From: Hemiscyllium ocellatum
Lineage: Eukaryota
NCBI RefSeq assembly: GCF_020745735.1
Contig: NC_083413.1
Location: 79,546,001-79,610,000 of the forward strand
Direction: 5' to 3'
Length of the DNA stretch: 64,000 nt
A model generated the notes under the pieces. It searched no databases. It saw nothing but the letters and a program-made list of their open reading frames with translations, and was not told the origin of the DNA. Shown in pieces: positions 50,337 to 62,807 of the stretch (position 1 is the stretch's first letter; each line of letters begins with the position of its first letter). The position numbers and the translations under genes were made by a program.

Positions 50337-52800
50337 ATAGAGTCATACAGTTGTACAACATGGAAACAGACTCATTGGTCCAACCTGTCCATACCAACCA
50401 GATATCTGAAATTAAGCTAGCCCCATGTGCCAGCATCTGGTTCATATCCCTCCAAAGCTTTCCTTTTCCTGTACACATCCAGGTGCCTTTTAAATGTAGC
50501 CTTTACGACTACCTATGGCAGTTCATTCCATACAAACATCACCCTCTGCATGAAAATGTTGCCCCTAGGTCCTTTTTGAATTTTTTCCCTTTCACCTTAA
50601 ACCTCTGGCCTATAACTCTGGACTTCCCTGCCATGGGAAAAATACTTTGGCTCTTCATCCTATCCATGCCCCTCATGATTTTATAAACCCCTACAAGGTC
50701 ACCCCTCAGCCTCTAACGCTCTAGACAAAACAGTCCCAGCCTATTCAGCCTCGTCCTATAGCTTAAATCCTCCAGTCCCAGCAACATTCTTGTAAATCCT
50801 TTCTGAACCCCATTCAAGTTTCACAAAATCTTTCCTATAGCAGGGAGAGGAGAAAGAATTGCATGCAATATTCCAAAAGCAGCCTAACCAATGCTCTGTA
50901 CAAACGCAATACAACATCCCAATTCCTGTACTCAGTGCACTGATCAATAAAGGCAAACATACCAAATGTCTTCTTCACTACCCTGTCTGTCTATCTGTGA
51001 TTCCACCTTCAAGGAATTATGAACCAGCACCTCAAGGTTTTTGTTCAGCCACACTCTCCAAGACTGTACCATTAAGTGTAAAACTCTTGTCCTGATTTGC
51101 CTTGCTAAATGCAACACTCACATTTATTTAAATTAACTCCATATGCTAAGCCTCAATCCATCAGCCCATCTGATCATGGTCTCATTGTACACTGAGTTAA
51201 CATTCTTCACTATCCACTACACGACCAATTTTGGTATCATCTGCAAACTTAGCAACCATACCTCCTATATTCACATCCAAATCATTTATATCCAAATTAT
51301 TTATATTCACATCCAAAAACTTCCAGCTCGACGAACAGAACCACAACAACGAGCACCCGAGCTACAAATCTTCGCACAAACCTTGAACATTTATATAAAT
51401 GATAAAAAGCAGTGGACCCAGCATCAATCTTTGCGGCACACCACTGGTCACAGGCTTCCAGTTCGAAAGTCAACTCTCTAACACTACCCTCCATCTCCTA
51501 CATTCAAGCCAGCTTTGTATCCAATTGGCTAGCTCTCCCTGGATTCCATGTGATGTGATCTTGCCAACCAGCTGTGTGCTGCAAAGATTGGTGCTGGGTC
51601 CACTGCTTTCCATCATTCATATAAATGATTTGGGTGTGAATATAGGAGGTATGGTTAGCAAATTTGCAGAAGATACCAAAATTGGTGGGGTACTGGACAG
51701 CGAAGGAGATTACCTCAGAGTACAATGGGACCTTGAACAAATGAACCAATGGACCAAGTAGAAGGTGAGGCTTAATCTAGGTAAATGTGAGATGTTACAT
51801 TTTGGTAGGGCAAATCAGGGCAAGACTTATACACTTAATGGCACGGTAGTGTTGGCAAACAAAGAGACCTTGGAGTGCAGATTCATAGTTCCTTGAAAGT
51901 GGAGCTACAGGTGGATGGGGCAGTGAAGGTGGCATTTGGTATGCTTGCCTTTATTGGTCAGTGCAATGTTTATACGAGTTGGGAGGTCATGTTTTGTGAG
52001 ATCATTGGTGAGGCCACTTTTGGAATACTAAATTCAATTTGGATCTTCCTACTGTAGGAAAGATGCCACTAAACATGAAAGGGCTCAGAAAAGAATTACA
52101 AGGAAGTTGGGGGGTTTGAGCGATGTGGAGAAGCTGATTAGGCTGGTGCTATTTTGCCTGGAGCATCGGAGGCTTAGGGGTGACCTTATAGAGGTTAATA
52201 AAATCATAAAGGGTATGTTTAGGGCAAATAGTCAAAGTCTTTTCCCCAGGGTAGGGAAGCCCAAAACAGGAGGGCATAGATTTAAGGTGAGAATGGAAAG
52301 ATTTAAAAGGGACCCAAGGGATAACATTTTCAGCAGAGGGTGTGCATGCATGGGATGAACTACCCGAGGAAGTGGTGGGGCCTGGTACAATTACAACATT
52401 TAAAAGGCACCTGGATGGTTTAATAGGAAAGGTTTAGAGGTAAAATGGCCAAATGCTGGCAAGTGGGACTAGATTAATTTAGGCTATCGAGTTGGCATGG
52501 ACAAGTTGCACTGAAGAGTCTGTTTTGGTGCTGTACATATCTATGCCTCTATATCCAGTCTACTATGCAGAACCTTGATGAATGCTTTGCTAAAGTCCAT
52601 ATGGATAATGTGCACCACTCTGCCTTCATCAATCTTCTACTTCACTTCTTCAAAAAACTCAGTCTCAGAATCCCCTCCAACAACTTACCCAGCATTGACG
52701 TCAAGCTCACAGGTCTAAAGTTCCCTGGCTTTTCCTTATCACCTTTCTTAAATAATGGCACCACATCCGTCACCCTCCAGCCTTCTGGACTTCCTCACCA
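50337..52800 (-). mobile_element. CR1 LINE 3' half with an opposite-orientation CR1 nested at ~51573-52553 and a short Penelope-type tail at ~51310-51390
   Basis: Minus-strand CR1 is interrupted at gccaaccag|...|ccagtctactatgc. The plus-strand insert has LGPLL..SKFAEDTK and its own 3' tail. Confidence 0.85.
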
Positions 52801-53131
52801 GTGGCTAATCCTTTTCTTATCCAATGCTACTATAAACAGCTAAACCAGCAGTTGTCTTCTATCATATATAAGATGGCTGCTACATTTGCCTGCATTGCAG
52901 TACCTACACTACAAAATGCAAAGCTTCATTGCATTCAAAGCATTTTGGGATGTTTCAATAATGTAACAAAGCATCACATAATCATAAGTTCCCTTTTCCA
53001 GACAGCCTCAGAGATGGATGTGCAGGTTTGGAGGTGCCGTGTACAAAATTTCAAGTAGCACATAAGCCAAGCCCAAAAATCAAGATAATTCAGCTAAACA
53101 GAAATACCATATTAAATAAACCAGAACATAC

Positions 53132-53276
53132 TGTGGAGGCGGTCTACTTGATGTCCCTGCTGTACTGGTACTGGGCTCTTCTGCTATTCCACCACCATCC
53201 AAGTACATTGTGACAGCCATCTCCAGATTGTTGCCGCATGCTTCTAATATGTGCTTCCCAACACTTTCACTGGCAC
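53132..53276 (-). CDS. UBXN7: UBXN7 coding exon 2 (UBA-like domain)
   Basis: Minus strand reads tttatgtgatttag|GTGCCAGT...CCTCCACA|gtatgt and translates (G)ASESVGKHILEACGNNLEMAVTMYLDGGGIAEEPSTSTAGTSSRPPP(Q), matching vertebrate UBXN7 GASESVGKHMLEACNNNLEMAVTMFLDGGGIAEEPSTS. 145 nt; its phase-2 end joins the next exon in frame. Confidence 0.96.
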
Positions 53277-53569
53277 CTAAATCACATAAAAACTTATTAG
53301 AGAGCTCAAGGTATCCACCATCATACCTAACGTTAATGGCATGTGTTGTTTAAACTGCTTATAGGTATACAGATAGTCTATTACCCTATATAAATGTAAG
53401 CCACTTCATTTTAGTGTTGCAACTATTAAAATAGTGTCATTAATACCAGTATGCTACGGTTAAAAAAAAAACAAACCAATGAAAATCTTAATGAACTGAC
53501 ATGTCTCATCTCAAATTGCTAGTAGGACATCTGTGAGTACCAGTACGCACCTCAGCATTACATACATGT

Positions 53570-54340
53570 ACATAGAATATACACCACAGAAACATGCCAT
53601 TCAACCCAACTAGTCTGCACTGGCATTTATACTTTGCACAATTTTGCAACTCTGTCCATTACATGCAGCTTTTCAGTATCCTATATCTTTCTCTCCTGTC
53701 AGTTTCCTTTTGAAAGTGTCTAAGCGATTTATCTCAAACTCTTCCTGAGATAACAAGTTCACATTCTCACCACTAGGTGAAGAAATTACTCCTCAATTCC
53801 CTGCTGGATTTATTAATTATCTTGCATTTTTATTTACTAACTTTTGATTCTCTCGCAAGTAGAAAAAATAGGAGATATTTGATTATGTTGGAGGGGGTGC
53901 ACAGGAGATTTATCAGGACGTTAGCAGGGTTGGAAAGTTCCAGTTATGAAGAAAGATGGATGGATAGAGGTTATTTTTCTTGGGACAGAGGACACTGAGG
54001 TGGGACATGATTGAAATATATAAAATTACAAGGGGCACAGAAAGGATGGACAGAAAAGGCCTTTTCTCCTTGGTGGAGGGATCAATGATGGGGGGAATGA
54101 TTAAAGGGACAGGAGATTTAGAGGAGATGTGAACAACTTCTTTTTCCACTCAGTGGCTGGTAAGAATCTCATATTCCCTATCTGTAAGGATGACAGAGGC
54201 AGAAACCCTCATAACATTTAAGAAATATTTCAATGTGCATTTATGATTCCAATGCATTCAAGGCTATGGATGAAGAGCTAGAATGGATAGGTACTTTTTT
54301 TTTGACCAATGCAGACTCAATGTGTTGTAGACCTCTGTGG
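53570..54340. mobile_element. Two old CR1 3' fragments in opposite orientations
   Basis: Minus-strand tail at ~53570-53850; plus-strand LEGVHRRFIR..YEER and 3' UTR at ~53860-54340. Confidence 0.65.
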
Positions 54341-55289
54341 CTCCACATCTGTTCTGTCTAATCCATTCATTACATTAAAATTAAAATTCTCTAAGCAATT
54401 ACCTGGCTGTTTTCTCATTTACTTAACAGAATCACAATTAATTTTGCCCAATAATTGTGCCTCAGTTCTGTTACTTGCCCACTGAATTTGATGTGCACTT
54501 TCTCCCATATTGTCATTTTATTTTCTATAGCACGAAAGCTAGAGCACAGCTGTGCTCTAAATGCAGCCAAGTAGGCTCCAAGACAAGTTTAATATAACTG
54601 CATGACTTTTGAACTCTATGCTACTTTGTTAACATTTTAATTGCTTTGCAGACCTGCAATGCTGCTTTTGATGATGTATTCACCAATATCCTTTGCTCTT
54701 GTACTTTTTGTTTTACTTTGGCTCACTTTTCAGGTGCAAGTGATGTTTCCTCTCAAAGTGCATCACTTGTACCTCTTGTCCCTACCTCTGAGTAACAAGT
54801 CCTGGGTTCAAGTCCCACCTGTCCTGGATATGTGTCACAACACATCTGAACATACGGATTAAAAATAAATGCATCACCACATGTTTTCTTGTCAAAGGTT
54901 ATTAGTCACCCAACTATCCAGACTCCAGATCAAGTATAGCAACAAGCATCCTACCAATTTTGTCATCATTTTGGCAAGGATGCTGTCCTTAAATCATCAT
55001 ACACCTTTCCAATTAGTCCTGACACCATGTCCCCCACAGTCATCCATACTATTCCAATAATTCTCTTATGCATTGGCTCCAAGGACTTGATATGTTTTCC
55101 AAAGCAGTTTTCCTTTGTATAACCCCATTTTAATGTCCCAGACATTATGCAACACAAGATGAAAATGTGGGAGAAGCAAGAGTTGTTGGGGTGGGGTGTC
55201 CAGTGGTGGTAGCTTTTAATTGCTCAGCAGGATGTTTGCGGGGTAGGGGGGTGCTAGGCAGTGCAAAACTTAAATACTGCTAATAAAAT

Positions 55290-56200
55290 ACATTTTGTCC
55301 AAGATTTCCACCTTGCACTCATCAAGATAGTTTGCAGAAATACCAACAAAGGGAAAACAATAATTTCTACTGTTTGAAAAGAGTGCTTATTGATTATCAG
55401 GTGAACTCTGATTGAGCTGTTTCCATGGAGAATACACAGTTAATGATGGCTGACAGTTAACTGCCCAGATTTGCTCAGGTTTAAACAAGAAAGGTTGACT
55501 GATTGGTAAGACACCTGAAAAATTAACCAGCAAATGGCTGTCACGTATTTTGCTGAATTGAAACAGGTGCAGGGTATGTACATGTTCTTTGTCAATGGAA
55601 AGAACAGGATCCTGTGAAAATATACATAGCTTCCAGTACACGCAAGTACACCATACTGCAAGCTTGATTGACAATCCTAAATTGGTCGTCAATATAACTA
55701 TTTGCACATACGAAATTATCCAGCAAGTGTTGTCTAATTGCCTAACATTGACAGTGATGCAAATTTTGTAAGCATGCGCTAGCTGGATATGGTCAGTACT
55801 TTGCTTGGTCCCAACAGCCAAAGGGATATGCTGTTTCACATGATCCACCAGAGTTGGAACATATAGCGTACATACTCAACATCACATTCGCACTGAAATC
55901 TGTATTCATTTGTATGATTACTGCATTGTTAATGCTTAATCTTTTGCTGAAACTTTTGCTCAGCACAAGTTGATGAGGTAGACTGGGCACTTTTCTAGAG
56001 CAAGAGCGACAAACAATTAGACTAGGTTTGTCATTATCCTGCAGGAAGACTTTGGCATACCTTATTCAGCATCAACAGTAGACGTATGGCTTGGTAGCCA
56101 CTAACCTTCTAGCACATGGAATTGTAGGAGACTTAACGTGTACATTGAAAGCTAGGATCTACACAATTAGGAAGATGATAAATCTCCCAAGGTTCTTCAA
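55290..56200 (-). mobile_element. Degenerate Penelope-like element (GIY-YIG endonuclease C-terminal region plus 3' end)
   Basis: Minus strand gives RFQCECDVEYV...LVDHVKQHIP and PVL...KEHVHTLHLF; decayed hammerhead-like ttgatgagtgcaaggtggaaatc near 55305-55330. A related 3' end lies on plus at ~57390-57625. Confidence 0.6.
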
Positions 56201-56349
56201 TATTCTCTGAGACAAACCAATCTTCTTTAGTCAATGTATATGTTGGGATTTCTACAGTTACACACATTAAAATTGACTTTATTGACAATCATGTAAAAAG
56301 GACCTGGGCCACATGTTTATCGTCAAACCCTGATGCTGGAAGAGGGCAC

Positions 56350-56620
56350 AAAGTCAGGCGGCTCAGTGCTTAGCACTGTTACCTCACAGTGCCAGGGACC
56401 CAGGTTTGATTCCAGCCTTGGATGACTGTCAGCAACCAGTGTGCATGTTCTCCTTGTGACAATGTGCATTTCCAATGGATGCTTCGGTTTCTTCACACAA
56501 ATCCAAGATGTGCAGTTTAGATGGATTAGCCATTGTAAATGTGGGATTAAAATATGACGGTCTTCTGAAGGTTGGTACAGACTCAATGGGCCGACACTGT
56601 TGAGATTCTATGATTCATTC
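56350..56620 (+). mobile_element. Old HE1-type SINE
   Basis: ggctcagtgcttagcactgttacctcacagtgccagggacccaggtttgattcc head, decayed V-domain and CR1-like tail. Confidence 0.8.
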
Positions 56621-56989
56621 TGCAGATAATGGCTACGCTAATCAGATACCTTCTTACTGTACATCTTGCAAAGTCATGGAAAGGCCATAAGGCAGTCATT
56701 CTTAGTTTTGAAAAGTGCCCAGTCAACCTCTGATTACCCTGGTGCCCTATGCAGTAGCAATATGAGTGGTGTTCACCATTAACAAGATACAGCTGTCAAG
56801 CCAAGATGCCAATCTGCCCATTACCAGTTTGATACAGCTATGTAGACTGGCAGAACATATCAGTTTATCCTTTTGGATGCTCGCAACAAGGAAGGTACTG
56901 ACAGCACCCAACTAGCCCATGCTTTCAAAACTCACAAGACAGTGCTAACATCAGATGTGATTCTGCAGTTTGTCAACATTTGCCGTATA

Positions 56990-57180
56990 ATAACAAAAAC
57001 TGAAATTGATGGAAAAGCTCAGGTCTGACAGCATCTATGGAGAGAAGTCAGAGTTAATCAGAAATCAGAACTATTTTGCAGAAAGGTCACTCGACCTGAA
57101 ACTTTGATTTCTTCCAACAGATGTTGCCAGACTTTCTGTATTTGCTTCTAATTTACAGCATCCACAGTTCATTTGTATTT
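56990..57180. mobile_element. Old inverted-repeat Penelope derivative
   Basis: Arms gtctgacagcatctatggagag / cttccaacagatgttgccagac with a central decayed aggtcactcgacctgaaac. Confidence 0.55.
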
Positions 57181-58360
57181 TGCTGGATAATCCTGAGTAT
57201 GCAGAGAATTATAGTGCCAGTAATTTAGGACAATTAGTTGGGCTCAGTGTGGCACACTTGCATGTACTGTAAGCCACATATATTAACACATAGAACACTG
57301 TTCTTTCCAGACAGAAGAAACGTGTGCACAGTGCATCTGTTTCAATTCAACTAAACCAACAACAGCCATTCATTAATCTTTTTATTTCAATACCCTGACC
57401 AATTACAGTCAACCTGCATTGTTCAAAATTTTACTCTTGCAATTATCTGTCAATAATTATTAATTGCTGCATTTTCCAACACCTCTACCAGAATCCACTT
57501 TCCAAGTAATCACCACCCATCTCTCATACAGTATAAATGATGGTAATCTCCTTAATTGGTATTCTTGCAAGTTGTCCTAATTGGTGCAAGATGAAAAGCT
57601 TTGACATAATCTTTTTTCAGCAGTATACTAATATTATTTTATCCCTGTAGTGCAGGAATATGCTTTATTACATGATGTTTAATTTTGATATTAAAAGGTA
57701 AACCTATCCTTCCTGTAGTTTGCAGTACACATTAATTTGTAACATTTGAATTCCAGTATGCTTGATGGAATCACTAGGATTCTATAACTACTTATTTGAA
57801 ACCTACTCCTGGGCTGCCTAATTTTGCCACAGGTGGAGAATAATTATCCATATTCAAAAATCTGATTCAACATTAGTTTAATCACTTATGGTGTGAACTT
57901 CATGCCAGCAGCTAGCTCTTCTCTAACTACCATGATACAAAAGTAGGATTTTGATCTGTCAGCATCTTTCTGATGATCTGTTTAACAGTTTGAATTTGTT
58001 AAGTTGTTTAAATTAGCTCAACATGTTAAATCTTTCAACAGAGCAGTAGAATTGTGAACAGCACTTCCTATAGAGCTAGGAGTGCCAAATTCAGATAAAT
58101 TAATCCAGCAGCACTGAAAAAGCAATTGTTTCCACTCAGTCACTGGAAATCAAAAGACAACAGACCAACACTGGAGTTATTTGACTAGCAGGAAACCACC
58201 ACATTATGGATGCCATATTTAGCAATACAGGGATGATATTCTAACTGTGGCAATATAACTAACCTGAATAAGGTATGGTGCTTCTTCACACAGAAGAAAT
58301 TACTTAAATTGTTGTGCTAATGTATTGATTTATTAAAACTTTATTTTAAAAAGATTTTAC

Positions 58361-59665
58361 TAACGACAGTGTGTGAGTGTGAAACGGACTGGTAAGCTAG
58401 AAGAGATACTTGTTAGGAAGGAAGATGTGTTGGACACTTTGAACAACTTGAGGATAGACAAGTCCCCCGGGCCTGACGGGATATATCCTAGGATTATGTG
58501 GGAAGCAAGAGAGGAAATTGCAGTACCGTTGGCAATGATCTTTTCGTCTTCACTGTCAACGGGGGTGGTATCAGGGGACTGGAGAGTAGCGAATGTTGTG
58601 CCCCTGTTCAAAAAAGGGAATAGGGATAACCCCGGGAATTACAGGCCAGTTAGTCTTACTTCTGTGGTAGGCAAATTAATGGAAAGGGTATTGAGGGATA
58701 GGATTTATGAGTATCTGGAAAGACACAGCTTGATTAGGGACAGCCAGCACGGATTTGTGAAGGGTAGGTCTTGCCTTACAAGTCTTATTGAATTCTTTGA
58801 GGAGGTGACCAAGCATGTGGATGAGGGTAGAGCAGTGAATGTAGTGTACATGGATTTTAGTAAGGCATTTGATAAGGTTCCCCATGGTAGGCTTATGCGG
58901 AAAGTCAGGAGGCATGGGATAGAGGGAAATTTGGACAATTGGATAGAAAACTGGCTAACTGGTCGAAGTCAGAGAGTGGTGGTAGACGGTAAATATTCAG
59001 CCTGGAGCCCAGTTACAAGTGGAGTTCCGCAGGAATCAGTTCTGGGTCCTCTGCTGTTTGTAATTTTTATTAATGACTTGGATGAGGGAGTCGAAGGGTG
59101 GGTCAGTAAATTTGCAGATGATACGAAGATTGGTGGAGTTGTGGACAGTGAGGAGGGCTGTTGTCGGCTGCAAAGGGACTTAGATATGATGCAGAGCTGG
59201 GCTGAGGAGTGGCAGATGGAGTTCAACCCGGCCAAGTATGAGGTTGTCCATTTTGGAAGAACAAATAAGAATGCGGAATACAGGGTTAACGGTAGGGTTC
59301 TTAGTCAGGTGGAGGAACAGAAGGATCTTGGGGTCTATGTACATAGATCTTTGAAAGTTGCCACTCAGGTGGATAGAGCTTGTAAGAAGGCCTATGGTGT
59401 ATTAGCGTTCATTAGCAGAGGGATTGAATTCAAGAGTCGTGAAGTGATGTTGCAGCTGTACAGGACTTTGGTTAGGCCACATTTGGAGTACTGTGTGCAG
59501 TTCTGGTCGCCTCACTTTAGGAAAGATGTGGAAGCTTTGGAGAGGGTGCAGAGAAGATTTACCAGGATGTTGCCTGGAATGGAGAATAGGTCGTATGAGG
59601 ATAGGTTGAGAGTTCTCGGCCTTTTCTCGGAACGGCGAAGGATGAGGGGTGACTTGATAGAGGTT
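58361..59665 (+). mobile_element. Young CR1 RT fragment with an uninterrupted reading frame, truncated at both ends
   Basis: ORF 58373..59710 has YRPVSLT, DFSKAFDKVPH, GVPQESVLGP, FADDTK and LVRPHLEYCVQFWSP. Homology stops at RGDLIEV; no 3' UTR. Confidence 0.95.
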
Positions 59666-61853
59666 GCATTTTATACCTACAAACTAAGTCCTTACTTCAA
59701 ACCTCTCTAACACCCCAAACCCTTGAATTCTAGCAGAATTCACTTTTTGAGTAAGCAAACTGATCCACTCCTGTCACATCTGCCATGAATAATATTGATT
59801 CATGTTGATTCAGCCACCCATTTGCCCTGCACTGTAAGGAAGCACTTGGCACCTTCAACATATACCACACCCAAAGAAATGATCTTAAACCTAATCTCTG
59901 TGCACCAAATCACATGCAGCACAGATATGGCACATGGTATTCAAGATAGGCTATGTACCTGCAATATAGCTGAACAGTACATATTATGTTGCACTTCATA
60001 TAGCTAGCACAAATACTGTACAGAATTCTGTATATCTTAGTGCATGGTAGCTATATTCATGTACTGTACAAATATACAAGTCAAAGATGCACACCCAAAC
60101 ATACAATTCTACTGTATGTGAATGTTGTTCTAGATAAATACAAGATCTAGTTGGCATGTTTAACAATCAGAAGATAGACAAATACAAGTTGAGCTCTCTG
60201 AGGTACATAGTACAATACAACAGATAGAATAACAATTTAAATGTAGTATATATCATAATGATTAAAAATGTTTGTCTAATGAGTCTCTGAAACAGTCACT
60301 TATGTGAGGTGTTGTGGGGCGGGGAATCACACAAAGTGAATATACTTCTCTAGCTAGTAGGTGGTTACCACTTCATATACTGACTTCTGTACATGAGTTG
60401 GTTAGTAACCAACCAATCTAGATGAGAAGCATCATCTATACTGGATGTTTTACCCAGAGTGGAGAGATCTCATGTATCACAGCAAGGTCACTTTGGTCTA
60501 CAAAAGATTAATGGGGAAAAATGTGGTAGCTTTGAATTCTTGTATCGACAGTTCTGACTAATTGTGGACCTTTATGATCTTGGTTTGTACCTATTGAGGA
60601 TTCTGAAGGGTTCAGTTTGACATGAAACCTTTCACAGTGGACAACTGAGAGCTGCTATAAATTGCAGGTACAGTGCCATTGTACAAGTGTTCTAATTCAG
60701 GCAAACCTAATTTTTTCGTTTCACTGAGCATATGAATTAAACCAACTGCAGTTTTTAACCTGAACTGCAATGTCAGAGAGTGCATTTTGTATCATTCCAA
60801 GAATCAAGGAGAAGACTTTTCGACATCATATGTCCCTCCCAGAGCAGATATCAATGATAAACTGGCTTTTATTCAACCAAATGTGTTACTTTCAAAGTAG
60901 TTTGTGCAAAAATCACAAGTATCTCTACTGGGAAGCAGGAGGTCACCTATCGGAAAGGACCTTTGATACTGGGAGCAAGGAAGATAGTGAATACAGACCT
61001 ATTTTGTATCCATCTACCACCCACCTTTCAATGTGGACTAGGTAATTATGTCAGAGTTAGTAAGCCAAAGGTCCATCTGCTTGACATTCATCATTGGATT
61101 GTAAGAGACGCCCCTGTGAAAGAGCATTGTTAATAAAGTGAAACGCTGTGAAGCTGCCTTAGGCTCATGTTCAGATATGCCCTGAACTAGAAAACTGGAG
61201 GAGGAGTTAGTAGCTCACATATGGGGCTACTTGATCTAATGATATAGGGAGAAGGAGGAATGAGATTTTGAAGATATTTGAGGAGCTATTATAAAATTAA
61301 AAAGCAGACCTTCAACAGAGTGAATTGCTAGAAGTAGATTTGAGGTTTAAATGAGTTGCTAAAACAGTGCTGTAGAAGATGAGTACTTCAATTCAGGGGA
61401 ACTGGCACCAGTACCTGAAAAGCAGCAACTTTTCCATTGGAAAGGGCTTCACATATACCAGCTGGTAGCCCACATCCAGGCAAACAATTTAACCAGAATA
61501 TTGGATTGGGTGCTAAGTTCAAGACAGGATTCAGATATTTACATAAATGTATCAGTACAGAATAGTTGATTAGGTAAGATCACACAAGAGAGAGCATTTT
61601 AATAAGATATTACCAATTAAAACCACATCAGGGGAAAAATATTAAACAGTTAAAATTAAAGTTACTATATCAAAGTACATGAAGTATTTACAAAGGAAAT
61701 AAGGTATACGGAGATAGGTTGGAAATATAGAAATGCTAAAGACGCATTGCTGAGATAATATTGAACAATGGAACAAGTTTGATGGACTTCACGGTCCACC
61801 CTAATTTCTGACAGGACATATCAAGAAAAGATCAACATAGTGTCGATATAAGT

Positions 61854-62807
61854 GAAATCAGTACTGCAGATGCTGGAGATTAGAGTCAAGAGTGTGGTGC
61901 TGGAAAAGCACAGCAGGTCAGGCAGCATCCGAGAAGCAGGAACATCGACGTTTCGGGCAAAAGCCCTTCATCAGGAAGGGGGCTGGGAGTCTAGGGGGTG
62001 GAGAGATAAATGAGAGGAGGTTGGGGCTTGGGGCAGGGGGGTGGAAGTAGAGTGTGCCATAGGTGGATGCAGGTGGGGATAAAGGTGATAGGTCAGAGGG
62101 GAGGGTGGTGCAAATTTGTGGAAGGAAGATGCACATGAGGATGGTGCTGAGCTGGAAGGTTGGAACTGGGGTAAGGTGGGAGGGTGGGAAATGATGGAAC
62201 TGGTGAAATCCACATTGATGCCATGGGGTGGAGGGTCCGAGGTGGAAAATGAGGCATCCTTCCTCCTAGCGTTGGGTGCTAAGGGAGTGGCGATGGAGGA
62301 GACCCAGGACCTGCATGTCCTCGGCAGAGTGGAAGGGGGTGTTGAAGTGTTCGGTCACGAGGCGGTGAGGATGGTTGATGCTCTACTAGTAGGCTTCAGA
62401 GACCATCTCTGGAGCATCAACCAAGAAGAACGCCTCATCTTCTGATTCAGGACCCTCCAATCCCATGGTATCAATGTGGATTTCACCAGTTTTCCCATTT
62501 CTCCTCCTCCCACCTTGCCTCAGTTCCAACCTTCCAGCTCAGTTCTGTCCTCATGACCTGTCCTATCTGTCCATCTTCCTTCCCACTTATCGGCACCACC
62601 CTCCCCTCTGACTGATCACCTTTACCCCCACCTACATCCACCTCTTGCACTCCCACACCCCCCCCAGCCCCACCCGCTCCCATTTATCTCTCCACCCCCT
62701 AACCTCCCTGCATCATTTCTGATGAAGGGCTTTTCCTGAAACATCGATTATCCTGCTCCATGGATGCTGCCTGACCTGCTGTGCTTTTCCAGCACCACAC
62801 TCTTACC
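61854..62807. mobile_element. Penelope-like element: two inverted 3' ends (GIY-YIG C-terminus, C-rich UTR, hammerhead)
   Basis: Minus arm encodes EHFN..HSAEDMQVLGL..LIF..PHGINVDF; plus arm encodes FRDHL..EERLIF..TLQSHGINVDF. Intact core CTGATGA-a-gggcttttgccc-GAAA-CGTC on minus at 61947-61974. 18-bp TSD cata(g/c)tgtcgatataagt at 61836-61853 and 62808-62825. Confidence 0.88.

Noticed and set aside
58373-59710. 445-aa ORF as a host gene
   Set aside because: It is CR1 reverse transcriptase with a GTG start inside the element and a read-through stop outside it.
60770-61045. 91-aa ORF, with YVPPRAD in another frame
   Set aside because: No convincing homology; at most an ancient LINE endonuclease trace.
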